64,000 nt of DNA, from positions 38,070,001 through 38,134,000 of the forward strand of contig NC_045697.1 of NCBI RefSeq assembly GCF_009834535.1, in the 5' to 3' direction. Below the pieces are notes generated by a model that saw only the letters and a list, made by a program, of their open reading frames with translations, was not told where the DNA came from and did no database searches. Source of the DNA: Camelus ferus. Taxonomy: Eukaryota. Position numbers and translations under genes: made by a program. This document shows, piece by piece, positions 1 to 13,610 of the stretch (its first letter is position 1; the number at the start of each line of letters is the position of its first letter).

Positions 1-989
1 TACCCACCCCCAGGAACAGCACAGCCTCTTCTGACTCCATGTTCAACTGTCTCAATTCTCGCCAATTTATTTTTGTAATCTAATCATTTAAACTTAGTCT
101 AGATTTCTTCACCAACATTAGTGAATATCTATAATCAGAATGATGAGTCATCAATGCAAACAAAGTAGAAGAGTAAAATCTGTTATTGAACTACTACATG
201 CTAGATTTACCACCATTTTCTCTAAATGTGATGTTCCTTATTAAGCCAAGATAAAAAAAAATCCTGCAGGTCTTCTGCAGCATCCTAATATTGTATGTTT
301 TCTCACGATGAATTCTTCTGTGATTACTGTGAAGACATAGGTGAGCCTCACAATATATTTTTCTCACTTCTCATGATTTAGAAACTTACATGTCATACAG
401 TTCTAGATTCTACAGTCTGTTAGTGGGACTACTTAGTAAGTTGGTATTTTCTAATGATAATAGAACAACTATTAAAAACGATATTAATGAGTGGAGATAT
501 TTCTTATGTACTTTTTTTAAATTGCATTTTTCTATTGAGTGGTTAAATTTTTTTTAATAGATATAAGATTTTAAAGAAAAAGCGCATGGTCATAAATTTA
601 AGGATTTTTCATTCAAGCCCCTAAATAATAGACTTTAATATCTACTGATGTAAATTAAATGAAATCTCACGGTGCTCTTTCATCATTTTCATTCATAGGC
701 CTCTTTGGAAGTGAGCAGGCCACACAGAGGACTTGGAATATGTTCGTTTTTGTCCAACAAGGATCAGAAAAAGGATAAACTACAGAAAAACTTAAGGGAG
801 TTCAGTACAAATTCCGGTTTTGTCGGAGGCAATGAATATTCAGAAACAGCTGTAAGTTTTTATAATGACATATAAGCTATAATTCTAATATAAAAACGAA
901 ATAAAATAGATCTATGTATAAATTTTCTCATCTCTGACTATAAAGGCAGTGACAAATAAAGTATTCCATATACTAACACCTTAAAGCTA

Positions 990-995
990 TTTATT
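990..995 (-). terminator. Candidate PDCL2 polyadenylation signal AATAAA
   Basis: tttatt on +, 8 nt downstream of the stop codon. Confidence 0.6.
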
Positions 996-1003
996 AAGTA
1001 TTT

Positions 1004-1161
1004 CTACTTGGTATCATCATTATCACTGTTTGAACTACTAGTGTCGTCATAAATAGAAGTGTTTCTAATTGAAGATACCATCACATCCACAGTGCCTTTT
1101 TTGGGATTTTCTTCCAAATCAGTCTGTATTGCTCCAACTTCTCCTAGCTTCCATTCAAGTT
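1004..1161 (-). CDS. PDCL2: PDCL2 exon 6 coding part ([52 protein letters not shown])
   Basis: cag|AA acceptor, TAG stop at 1004-1006. The six exons sum to 729 nt (242 aa plus stop) with no frameshift. Confidence 0.96.
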
Positions 1162-1912
1162 CTGCAATAAATAGCCCATTAAATCAGATAAAAATCTTGG
1201 AAAAAATGAAAGGAAGAATTTTTCATCTATATGAAATAGAAGTTGACGCTAATAAAGTTAATGTGGAAATGATATATTTAGAACTGGATTATAATGAATG
1301 TACTACAATATCAAAATATACATTGGATACAGCAAAGTTATACTTAAAGGGAGAAATTATGGTTAAAATGTTTATTTTAAAATGCCTGAAAATAGTGCTT
1401 TGAAAGTTCAAATCAAGAAGCTAGGAAAAGAACAATAAAGTAAACCCAAGCAGAGAGAGGGATATGATGAAGAGAATTCTTTAGCAAAAATAGAAAAACA
1501 AAATCAGTAGAGGTGACGAACAAAATCAAAAGTTGGTTCTTTGAAGAGAGTAATAGACACACCTCAGGCAAAAATGATCACAAGAAAAGTAAAGAAATCA
1601 AATAATATAAAGAATTTACATGGGGCATAACCAAGATTTTAAAGCCATAAGACTACTATGAAAAAATTTATGCCAATAGTTTTGAAAATTTTAAAGGGAA
1701 AATTTCAACAAAAATGTGAATTACAGAAAAATATCCAAGAGAGAAATCTGAAAAGAACTGAATGGATAACCAAAATCCCCCATCCTGGCAAATTCATGGT
1801 TTTGTTAATGTATTCCTAAGTACTATACAGATGAACAGAACATTTATGAAGAAAATTACAAAATACACTTATGAGGAAAATTACAAAATATATTACATTA
1901 CATAATGTAATA

Positions 1913-2133
1913 CAATTGACCCTTGAACAACATACATTTGAATTGCAGGGGTTCACTTACATGTGGAATTTTTTCAATAAGCATACTACAGTGCTACATG
2001 TTCTGTGGTTGGTTGAATCCACAGATGCAGAACCGCAAATACCATGGGCTGGCTGTAAAGTTATGGGCGGACTTTTGACTGCACAGGGGTCACTGCTCCC
2101 AACCCCTGTGTTGTTCTGTTCAAGGGTCAACTG
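1913..2133. mobile_element. Tigger2-derived MITE (MER8-like)
   Basis: TIRs CA(A/G)TTGACCCTTGAACA ... TGTTCAAGGGTCAACTG with TA on both sides. Confidence 0.85.
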
Positions 2134-2544
2134 TATATGCATACATAAATACATTACATTTATGAGGGAAATTACAAAAAACATAAAAGAAGACCAAAAT
2201 AAATGACAAGCTAAATCTCGTTCATGGATAGGAACAGTCACTATTATTAGGATATCAAGCCTCCAACAAGTAATCTATAAATATAATGTAATAAGTTAAA
2301 AATGGGATTTTTCACAGAACTTGACTAATTCCAACATTTATATCAAATTCTGAAAAATATCTGCCCCACTAGAGGCAACTAGATTGTTATAAAGGTATAG
2401 TAATTAACACAGTGCTGTACTGAGGGATAGACAAACAGACCAGTGGAACACAGTAGACTTCTGAAACAAATTGAAGCATTTTTGGAACCATGAAAAGTGA
2501 CACAGGAAACATTAAAACTCAATGGGGGGAAAACACCTTATATA

Positions 2545-3365
2545 CATTAGGGTGGTTACTATTAAAACACACACACACAGAAAATAACAAGTGTTGATGA
2601 ATATGTACAGAAATTAGAACTCTTGAGTACTGTTGGTGGGAGTGTAATGGTGCAGCCACTGTGGAAAACAGTATGGATATTCCTCAAAAGATGAATGTAG
2701 AATTACCATATGATCCAGCAATTCTACTTCTGAGTATATACACAAAAGAATTGAAAGCAGGGACTAAAACTAATTATTTGTACATCCACATTCATAGCAA
2801 CATTATTCGCAATAGCCACAAGGTAGAAACAACCCGGGTGTCCATCAACAGACTAATGGGTAAACAAAATGTGCTATAAAAACATACAGCAATATTAGCC
2901 AGCCTTAAAAGGGAAGGAAATGCTGATACACACTACAACATGGATGAACGTTGAGGACATTATGCCAAGTGAAATCAACCAGTCACAAAAGGATAAACAC
3001 AGTATGATTCATTTATGCCAGGTACTGAGAGTAGTCAGATTCAGAGTTAGAGAGTAGAATGGCGGTTGCTGGGGGGGGGGGGGGGTAGGGGAACAGGGAA
3101 TTGTTTAAGGATGTGGAGTTGCAGTTATGCCAGATGCAAAGGGTTCTAGAGATGGATAATAGGGATGATAGTACAACAGTGAAAATATACTTAATGTTAC
3201 TTAACTACATACTTAAAATGATTAAATAAAATAACTTATTTATTTATAAAATAAGTCCCGGGTATGTAATGTACAGTAGAGTAAGTATAGTTAATAATAT
3301 TATATATATTTTTTAATGGTTAAAATGGTTAATTTCATGTTATGTGTATTTTACGACAAAGTTTT
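2545..3365 (+). mobile_element. Old L1 3' end (L1MB-like)
   Basis: ELPYDPAILLL-type ORF2 end and L1 3' UTR motifs. Confidence 0.8.
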
Positions 3366-4578
3366 TTAAATATAACAATTTAAAAAAGCATGGACCAGGC
3401 GACACTCTATTCATGACAGTGATTGCTTAGTGAGGCAGGGAGGGGTATGGGACTAGGGATGGAAATATAGGTAACCTCAACTGTATCTGTAGTGTTAATT
3501 TCAACAATAAACAAATAGCTGAGCTGACAAACGAACAAAGGTTCTTATTTGTTATTTTTGGTAACAATTGCATAATGTTTGCTGTATTATTGTCTGTACT
3601 CTTATGTATTCTTTTAAGTTAGATGGATAAGGTACAAACTGAAAAAACAAGGTGGTAAAACAAAGAGCAGACTTAAAGACTGGGAGAAGGAAAAGGGAGT
3701 CATTCTGGAACAACTAAAGTACTGGAGGTGAGGCCAAAAACAGCTGTAGTGGAATGAGAGAGTGAAAGCAGTGCTGTTCAAAGTAGCTGTTCACAATGGC
3801 TTTAACATGATAATAAAAGAAAAAAAGTGTAGTACTGTAGAATTAAAGCAGTTCTAAGAAATGACTAGATGAAAGATATGGCCTTTGAACTATGTTAGGA
3901 AGTAAACATTATTAAAGAAGGTGAAAATATGAAGCCCTATGCTGTGCACTATGAAAAAGAAAATAGTGGTAGACATAGTCCTTGTACCTGTTAGAGAGAC
4001 AAAACTGAAAGGGAATTGACTAACCAATGATATCTGATAAGACACGAAATAAGTTGTATAGGGAATGTATGCTATATAAATTCAGGAGAGAAGATGAAGA
4101 CAGATTATAAATTGGTCCAGAATCACATAATGGAATAAATGGAAACCTAGGGGACCCATAAAGAAATAGGGTTTGTAAGGAAGAATAAAGAATGGTAGGG
4201 TATTTCAACTAGAAGAAAAGAGTATGAAACAAAGTACAAAGGCACAAATGAACTGTGTCTGGGGTAGTGAATGAAGACTAGCCTGGCTGGAGCAGAAACT
4301 AGAAAGCATTGAGAAATACAGTTGCATAGGTGTGGCTAAAAATCTCAAGCAGATGATTTTGAATTTTTTATTTGAAACAGTGAACCATTAAGGATTTAAG
4401 CCAGTAGGTGTTATGCTAAGAGTATTATTGTAGGAAACTTATTCTGGAGGCATATAAAAAGAAACTAGAAACAAGGAGGAAAACAACTTACGTTTTATGG
4501 AAATAAACTTTTATGATATTTGTTAATTTATAGAAGTTTTCACCTTTTTTTTACAAATTTTGAAAATAACATAATTAC

Positions 4579-4787
4579 CTTCTAGCTTGAGATTTAGCCC
4601 TCCACATTCTATAATTCCAATGAATTTGCCTTCTATCTGACCATTTTTATAAACAAAAATTGTTGGTAAACAATTGTCATGGTAGTGTTGAATACAGCTG
4701 TTCACGATGGCTTTAAGAAATTTAGTTTCAGGAAACTTTCTTGCTAGAAGACTAAGATGCTGGTTAACCAACAAACACATTGGGATA
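4579..4787 (-). CDS. PDCL2: PDCL2 exon 5 (IPMCLLVNQHLSLLARKFPETKFLKAIVNSCIQHYHDNCLPTIFVYKNGQIEGKFIGIIECGGLNLKLE)
   Basis: 209 bp, tag|T...G|gtaatt; overlaps the ORF-track ORF 4523..4780. Confidence 0.97.
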
Positions 4788-4994
4788 CTAAAAAGAGAAA
4801 CAGTACATACAACATTTTAAAAAAAAAACAAGACAACTTATCTCAGTCTAATAAAATAAGTGAAACATCTCCATGACAAAAATATATCTTTAGATATCCT
4901 TTCAATACAAGAGCATATCAACTGTCATCCTCTATTGTTACCTTTAGTAATGATGAAATAATGAGTTCTCTGATTTTTGAATTATTTTATTTTA

Positions 4995-5093
4995 AAATTT
5001 ATTTTATTATTATTATTATTTTAATGGAGGTACTGGGGATTGAACCCAGGACCTCGTGCCTGCTAAGCATGCACTCTACCCCCAGCCCTACCC
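4995..5093 (-). mobile_element. tRNA-Ala-derived SINE (camelid Vic-1-like)
   Basis: Minus strand GGTAGAGTGCATGCTTAGCAGGCACGAGGTCCTGGGTTCAATCCCCAGTACCTCC plus A-rich tail; B box intact. Confidence 0.85.
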
Positions 5094-6929
5094 TAGAGTA
5101 ATTTTTATTACAAACATTGTTATAGCCTAGGAAGCTTGCTACCATGGTAATTTGATGCCTAGCTGAGGTTGACCACATCTGACTTAGCATCAATTTAATT
5201 GAGCCAGTTTATAGAACGCAAGAGGGAGGGAGGAAAGAGAAAAGAAAAAAACTGGACACATTTAGGGAAATCTTTAGCAATTCTGAATTGAAACAAGAGG
5301 ATCCCAATTCTTATCATCATGGGTTTATTTCCACATGAGATAATCACATCCAAAGTTCTTATTTCAGACTTCTTTGAATTCTTTTACTCTAACAAACTTC
5401 ATCCACCCTTTTCTCTGACATGCCATGTCCTGTTCCCCATTATCCAGAACTATTCCTCATCAGAAATTTAAAATCAATCGGAAATGTAACCCAAACCTGC
5501 AATTCCTCCTGCTCTATCACTTAACTCTCATTACATTCATGCTCTGATTAGTCCCTTCTCTTCCAGTCTATCACTCACGCACAGCTTTATCAAATTCTTT
5601 CAAAGCTAATCCTCTATCCCACACTCCTTCCATTTCCTATGGGGTCTTCCTCCATTTGTTATTCAGCTTCCCTACTCTCCTGTTCTCTTAATCTTTTCTT
5701 CTCCACTTTACATAAACATATCCAAGTTACTACATTTTTTAAAAAGTCCCTTCCCATTCTCTCCCCTTCTAATGACTACTCTCTCTCCTGGTCACAGCCC
5801 AACAAAAAAGATAAAAACCTCTATGCTCTGTTTACTTCCCTTCTTGAAAAACTCTCCTTTTTTGACTTCTTTGATAACACTTTCTATTAAATTTCTTTTT
5901 ATTCCTTTGACTTCCTTTTTCTGTTTCTATGCCTCCAATGTAGATATTCCTTATAATTATGTCCTGGACCCTCTTCTCATCCTAGACACATTCACTGGGC
6001 AATCTTATCCATTCTGATATCAACAGCTGATGAACTTAATCTCCCCTCTGCCCTCAACCAAAAAAAAATCTGATCTTTATCCATATTTTCTTTAAAAAAA
6101 AAAAACACCTAAATTCGGTAGAAGTGTATCTCTCCTTTGTACTCACTTCCTCATCATTTATATGGAGCATATTTGAAATAATAGTGTATGAGGAAAGAAA
6201 AACTAGTGTGCACTCTTAATTAGGGAAGATACTTTGATCAGACAAAATTAGTGCTTTTTTCTCTTGTACTACTTTGTATGTATTTTCAAAATATATATAT
6301 ATATATACACATAATGTTTAAATGGCCTCTTGCACTATACCATAAAACTTCTTATTCTGCTTTGTATCCTCAACTCCTAAAACCTGTCACACCCACAGTC
6401 GAAGGTGAAGCTCTTGAAGGTGAAGTAACTAAGTGACTCACACCAGGGCATACTGCCTATTCTAGGCAGGTGGTGATCCTCCTGGACTTTGTCTACCTTT
6501 TCCCTCTACACCTGTTTGTGTCAACTGCACATTTTATTAAAATTAGCAAATAAATAAAAGTGCAACAGGAAAAATAATAGTTCTTATGAAAATTAAATGT
6601 GTACTCTGGAAAAACTTAATAAAGGTGAACCACTGAGGAAAAAAATGTTTAGTTCATTGTAGATCAGACAGATATAAATGATCAGGGAAGAATACAGATT
6701 TCTGCACTCCAATTGCTTTGCACGTATGTTTGAGTTCTTGCTCCATTTTAAACACACCCTGATAATGGAAATCAATGATAATGTATTAGGTTCTTATCAG
6801 CACCTGGGGAAAGACTTTGTATATTTTTTTGTTGCTTGGACTTTCTTTACCAATTTCTGGCTTTTTTATTTAATATATTTGCTTACCTTATTTCACACAC
6901 ACACACACACAAACCCAAAAAACAAAACT

Positions 6930-8992
6930 CAGCACACTGGATATAGAGGGAACACACCTCAACACGGCAAAGACCTTATATGACGAGCCCACAGCTAATA
7001 TCATACTCAACAGTAAGAAGCTGAAGCCTTTCCTCAAAATCAGGAACAAGACAAGGATGTCTCTTGCCACTTTTATTCAACATAATATTGGAAGTTCTAG
7101 TGAGAGTAATTAGTCAAGAAAAAAATAAAAAGCATCCAAATTGGAAAGGAAGAAGTAAAACTGTCACTATTTGCAGATGATGTCATCTTATATATAGAAA
7201 ACTCTAAAGACGCCATCACAAAAACTGTTAGAACTAAGAAACAAATTCAGTAAAGTAGCAGGATGAAAAATCAATACACAAAAATCAGTTGTATTTCTAT
7301 ACATTAATAATGAACTATCAGAAAGAGAAATAAAGAAAACAATCCCATTTATAATTACATCAAAAAGAATAAAATATCTAGGAATAAATTTAACCAAGGA
7401 GGTGGAAAACATGTATTTTGAAAACTACAAGACATTAATGAAAGAAAGTGAAGAAGAAACAAATAGATATTCTGTGCCCATGGATTGGAAATTAATATTG
7501 TTAAAATGTCCATAATACCCAAAACAATCTACAGATTCAATGCAATCACTATCAAAATACCAATGGCATTTTTCACAGAAATAGAACAAATTCATCTAAA
7601 GCTTGTGTGGAACCACAGAAGAACCAAATAGCCAAAGCAATCTTGAGAAAAAAGAACAATGCTGGAGACATCATGTGCCCTGATTTCAAACTATATTACA
7701 AAGCTATAGTAATTGTAACATTATTGTATCGGCATAAAACAGACACAAAGATCAATGGAACAGAATAAAGGGTCCAGAAATAAATACCCACGTATATACG
7801 GGCAATAAATTTATGACAAAGAGCCAAGAATATGCAGTGGGGAAAGGACAGTTTCTTCAATAAACAGTGTTGGGGAAACTAGACAGCCACACGCAAAAGA
7901 ATGAAACTTGACCGCTACCTTACATCATACACAAAAATTAACTCAAAATAGATTAAAGACTTGAATGTAAGACCTGAAACCTTAAAACTCCTAGAAGAAA
8001 ACATAGATAATAAACTCTTTGACATAGGTCTCGGAGATGATTTTTTGGAATATGACACCAAAAGCGAAAGCAACAAAAGCAAAAATAAAGAAGTGGGACT
8101 ACATCATACTAAAAAGCTTCTGCACAGCAAAGGAAACTATCAACAAAATGAAATGGCAACCAACTGAATGGGAGTAAATATTTGCAAATCATATGGCTAA
8201 TAAGGAACTAATATCCAAAATATATAAAGAACTCATATAACTCAATACCAAAAAGCCAGACAATCTAATTTAAAAATGGGCAGATCTGAATAGACATTTT
8301 TCCAAAGAAGACATACAGATGGCCAACAGGTACATCAAAAGATGCTCAACATCATTAATCACCAGGGAAATAAAAGTCAAAACCACAATGAGCTATCACT
8401 TTACACTTGTTAGAATGGCTATCATCAAAAAGACAGGAAATAACAAGTGTTGGGGAGGATGTAGAAAAAAGAGAATGCATGTGCACTGTTGGTAGGAAGA
8501 AAAATTGGTGCAGCCTCTATGGAAAACAGTATGGAAGTTCTTTTAAAAACTAAAGATAGAGCTACTATATGATCTAGAAATTCTACCTCTGGGTAGTTAT
8601 CTGAAGGAAAAAACACTAACTTGAAAATATATATGCACTCCCATATTCACTGCAGCATTATTTACAATAGCCAAGATATGGAAACAACCTAAGTATCCAT
8701 CAGTGGAGGAATAGATAAAGAAATTGTGGTGTGTGTGTATATATATAAAATGAAATATTATTCAGCCACTAAAAAGAATGAAATTTTTCCAATTTCTGAC
8801 AACATGGATGGACCTCAAGGACAATATAATAAGTGAAATAAGTCTGACAGAGAAAGGCAAATACCACATGATCTCTCTTATATGTGAAATCTAGAAAGAG
8901 AAAAAAATGCTCATAGATACAGAAAACAGACTGGTGACTGTCAGGAGTGAGGGGGATGGAGGGTAAGGGAAATGGGTAAAGGGAGGCCAAAG
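6930..8992 (+). mobile_element. L1 fragment (ORF2 RT to 3' UTR), degenerate
   Basis: L1 ORF2 motifs (LFADD-like tttgcagatga, MNVRPETLKLLEEN) with many frameshifts. Confidence 0.9.
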
Positions 8993-10624
8993 TTAAATAT
9001 ATATAATATATATAAATAAATATATATATTTATTCAAATATGTATATTCAAAGTGGGGAATCACAAAAATATCTTTTTTAACTTAAATATTTTATTTTCA
9101 TCTGACATATATAAACATACATTCATTTAGTAATCTTTGATATTGGCTCATGGGTTGCTCATTGGAGTTCTCTGTAGCTTTTTTCATCTAAACTACACCA
9201 TCAGGCATTCATTGTCTTCTGTATTTTCATAGTTTGGCACTCAAACCAAACATCTCCCTTTCTTCTACAACATCTAATAAGTAATCAAGTCATATTGATT
9301 CTATCTCCTTATCTTATCTCCTCCTCATCTATCCTCTCCTCTATTTCTCTGCTGTCTTATTTCTTACCTATCTTATCTGAGCAGCATCAGATTGTCCTAA
9401 ATGGTTCCTGTGTTCCAAGTTTTGGTTCCCCAAATTCATTCTAGACTCTGCTGACAAAGTTAGCTCAGCATGAAAATCTCATCATGGAGCAAATGCTCTT
9501 CCCTCAGGCATAAAATCCTTCAATGGCTCCTCACTGCCTTCAGGACAAAGTCTGGGCTCCTACACATAATTTTAAAGGTTCTCCATGGTCCAGCGCCTGC
9601 TGATCTCTCCTGCAACAGTGTCTGCCTGCTAATACTATGTAAAGTCCTCCAAAGCAAGATGATACCACTTATGTTTGTACCTCGGATTGAGCTGTATACT
9701 CCACCCAAAATACCCCATTCAGCCTGTCTGCATCCTCCAATTCCATAAACTTGGGGAATCTTAATTTTTGAGGCCAACATCAAGAATTAAAGTTCAGTAC
9801 TTCCATCCTCCAAGGGTAGAGCTTACTACACCCTCTTCAGTGTCTTTACTCTGTATAGAATTCAAACATAGACCTAAAAGATGTTATTATTACATTTAAT
9901 TGTCTCCCTCTACTGCACCAACATTTCTTTAATGGAAGAGGTAGATGTCTTAGATGTCTCTGCATCTCCAGCATCTAGAAAATCCCCAGAAATCCTCTTA
10001 ATACTAAGTGATGTTATTTAACGATTTATGGAACAAGAAACTAAGAAAAACAAAGTAAATGCATTGTGCTTAATTTACATTTCAGAACACACGTATATCA
10101 TTTCTTTTGATAATTATAATCTGCTACAAATCTAGATACTGCTTTATTTTAGTGGATGGCATGCTAAAAGTAATATTAGAAAAATATGTACTGCCTAACT
10201 TAAGTCTGAAATGGTTCTACAAATACACACACACACAATCACACAAATACAGCAAAATGTTCATTGTTGAATCTACCTGGCTGGTATTTAGAGTACTCAC
10301 TTTATCATTCTTTCTACTTTTCTGTGTGTTTCAAATTTGTCAAGTTTTTTAAAAATTAACTACCAAGAGTACTTATTTTTCTAAGAAGTATGACAAGTTC
10401 TTTCAATTAGGCATGAAAATATATTAAAGTGCTTAATTTAATCCCTGAAGCCAATGACTCTATAGATATATTAAATTTTCTTTTTTAAGTTGAAGTATAG
10501 TTAATTTACTTTATTTCTTTTTCTTGATTAGTCTTTTTATATGCTTTATACAACATTAAAGCCAAAAATATGTATCTTAAAACATTAGTATTGAGCATTT
10601 TGCAAAAAAAGCTATGATAATTAC

Positions 10625-10768
10625 CTTGATCTGTATAGATGAATTATAACCCACACATCTTTTTCTGCATTTGTGACTTCATTCACATACTGATTTCCAG
10701 AAATTTCTCTTAATTCCCCAAATTTTTGTTTTTTCTTAAGAGCTTTCCATTCCTGTAACCGCTTTTCT
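10625..10768 (-). CDS. PDCL2: PDCL2 exon 4 (EKRLQEWKALKKKQKFGELREISGNQYVNEVTNAEKDVWVIIHLYRS)
   Basis: 144 bp, tag|A...AG|gtaatt; start of the phosducin thioredoxin-like domain. Confidence 0.97.
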
Positions 10769-11089
10769 CTAATTAAAAAAATGAAGTTAAATTACATAAG
10801 AAAATTGTTATATTCTTAAGGCCATTCCCATATGCAATAACAATTTAGAGCAATGGATGTAATGCTAGTATGTATCAAACACTTTAAATGATGATAGAAT
10901 AACTATTAATGGCCTTATCATGCCAATTTCTCTTTATTATATGGGAATATGTATTATCATGGGTATTGCAAAGTATAAGAAGTTAGTTATTGACTATTTT
11001 TATTTAATACTAAGTCTTAATCATATCAATATAGTTTATTTAGGCATTGGGCCAACAAATTCTCATATACATTATTAAGGGAGAATATA

Positions 11090-11530
11090 CATAATAATAA
11101 TAACTAACATTTATTGAGTACTTACTATGTTGCCAGGAACTGTTTTAAATGCATTACATTAACTAATTTAATCCTTGAAAAACTTTATGAAGTTAATACT
11201 ATTATTTTCCCCATTTATATGCTCTTAACTATCATGCTGAGTTTCAGTTCAAAGCCTTTGTGAATATGTATAGTTACTTATTATAAATTTATTGCAGGTA
11301 GAGAGGTGGTAGAGAAGAACGATTACTCTAATATCAGACTAAACTGGGTTTAAATGCCATCTCCCACTTATCAGTAGTGTGGACTTGGGCCACTTATTTA
11401 ATCTCTTCAAGCTTCAGTTTCTCCCCAGTGTGAATAATACTAATACAGACTTTCATGGGATTGGTCAGGATTAAATGTAAACATGTAAATTTCCTAGCAC
11501 ACAGTGAGTGTTCAATAAATGTTACCTAGT
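11090..11530. mobile_element. MIR fragments (two, opposite orientation)
   Basis: MIR core motifs (acatttattgagtacttactatg; cttatttaatctcttcaagcttcagtttc). Confidence 0.65.
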
Positions 11531-11719
11531 TACTTCATCTATGGAGAATCTTAAAACTTTGTTAAACAACTCTCTCAAAATTTACATACTTTGATTTAGG
11601 TGTTGAATACTTGAACTCATGAAGTAAATCCAAATGGTTTCTGACACATCTACAAGTATCTCAAAAAGTTACTGCTCTGTATCTCTAAGTTATCTGGGAG
11701 CACTTACTCCCCTTCTTTC

Positions 11720-12257
11720 TGTGTGTATTAACAATATTTTCCTGTTTTCTGTATTCTTGATCCTCTGGCATCTGGGACTTTGCTGATCCTGGAGAGGCTG
11801 CCCCTCCCAGGAGCAAGCTAATTCCCAAAGAGAGGTAACACTCACCAGAGAGCACATTCCTCAGATATAAACCAACCAATCCAGAGCCCAGTCCCTCAGC
11901 CACCTCCTCTACTTGGGCTGAGCCCCTACCCCCCTGACCAAATCATCCCTGGGCCAGGTACCAGACAACCAGAGATAGACACTATAGTCCAGAGCCTGCC
12001 AAAATCATACAAACTTGCCAGTCCTAAACCTGCTTACCCTGCCTAGCTTGTCTTTCCCACAGAAACTACATAATGGCTCATGTCTATGTTATCCCCTCAC
12101 TCCTCCTGCCTCTTAACCAACTCTGGTGCTTCCCATTGTGGCCCTGCATTGTGGGGCATGCCCCTACTCTTGAGACCTGAGAATAATAATGGCAGTTATA
12201 TCCTGATCTGTTGATTTCACCTGAATACATACAAAATTCTGAGTGTGTTTTAAAACA
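11720..12257 (+). mobile_element. ERVL solo LTR (MER74-like)
   Basis: Motifs ctgcccctcccagg, aaaccaaccaatccagagccc, ggccaggtaccagacaac recalled from MER74; 5' boundary approximate. Confidence 0.75.
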
Positions 12258-13104
12258 CACTCAGGTGTGTTTTCAGATCCTCTGAGTAAATACCACAGGG
12301 TCCTTATTTCCCATATTAGAAACATGTCCAGTAAAACCACTCACTTTATATAACAAGTAATCCAAGCAAAATTAAGCCTAGAGGAGAATGTCAAGAATAG
12401 TAACCCAAGTCTAGGGTCCTCTCATTGTTCTCAAACTGAAGTCCTTCAATTTTCCCTTTACTGGCCCAGATATTCAGAACTTACACATACTCCAGTCTTT
12501 GGGTAGCCCTATTTTGTTTGTATTGAGTATTTTGCATCACTGTCATTAACTTCCTTCAGTTTGATCTCATTGGCTTAATATCTTTCAAATTTTTCAAAGT
12601 TTTTGTTCCAGTGATGGCACAATGCCCCACTTAATGGTGCAATCAACTACTTTTCTTCGTCCTCCTCTCCTTCACCTTCTCTTCCTCATTTTCCTTTGTT
12701 ATTTTCAGTGGAATTGGGCAGGGAAAGACGTACATACCTGGGTTAGTTTTGCCATCAGGAAGTGACAAAGTGTTCAATGGCCTGCATTTTTCACCTAACA
12801 ATCATATCAGTAGGGATTCAGTTGCATAAACAGAAAGCCCTCTAGCTATTTTAAGCAGCAAGAAGCTTAATCTGAGGAAATAAGGGCTTTACAAACTCAA
12901 TGGAAAGATGAAGGAGGAGGCTCCAGACTTGGCTACTACGAATGACTCCCAGAATGACATTGCAAAACTGGTCTGCCAAGGGAACCGCTTTCTCTGCTGC
13001 AATCCAGAAACTGGGGAATCTGAAACTAATGTTCCAATAGTGTCCTAATATCAGACTACTCTAGGGGTCAGAAAACTGCTGGAACAACTATTGTCTCTAG
13101 AAAC

Positions 13105-13591
13105 TGTCGACTGAAATAAATGCGCATCCTGAAAGTTGAGAGTTATATTTTATTTGGTGGGAGGACTCTAGCCGGGATGACAGCCTCTCAGATCGCCCTG
13201 AGGGACTGCTCTGAAGAGGTAGGGGAGGAGCTAGGATATATAGAAACTTTTTAACAAAGGCCAGGTAGTTGGAACAATAAAAGATTATTTGCTATCTTAA
13301 GAAAAAAAAGGCATCTCAAGTTAAAGAATTTAGTGCTTTTCTATGTATGGGAGGTAACAAACATTTGGGCTCATTGAATTCATTCCTTTGACAAGCATCT
13401 AGCTATCTAGGGCCAGTATCTTGTCCTTTATTATTCTGAGTCCCCTCAGGGTGCACCATTGTGAGTGGCTGCAGAGGCTGGGCTGCAGGCTTGTCTTCGG
13501 AGGCTGGGGGGTGGGGGGGAGAGTGTGCTGCAGTGGCTGACTTCAGCATTCTTTATTTACCTGATATGGTTTGCAGTATTTTTTATTCACA
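13105..13591 (-). mobile_element. ERV1 solo LTR (MER41-like)
   Basis: TG...CA ends, imperfect 4-bp TSD aaac/gaac, TATA-like (13236-13242) and AATAAA (13149-13154) on the minus strand. Confidence 0.75.
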
Positions 13592-13610
13592 GAACCTATC
13601 TCTTCAGCAA

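Noticed and set aside
1059..1403. 114-aa plus-strand ORF
   Set aside because: Antisense shadow of PDCL2 exon 6 running into decayed repeat; no recognisable protein.
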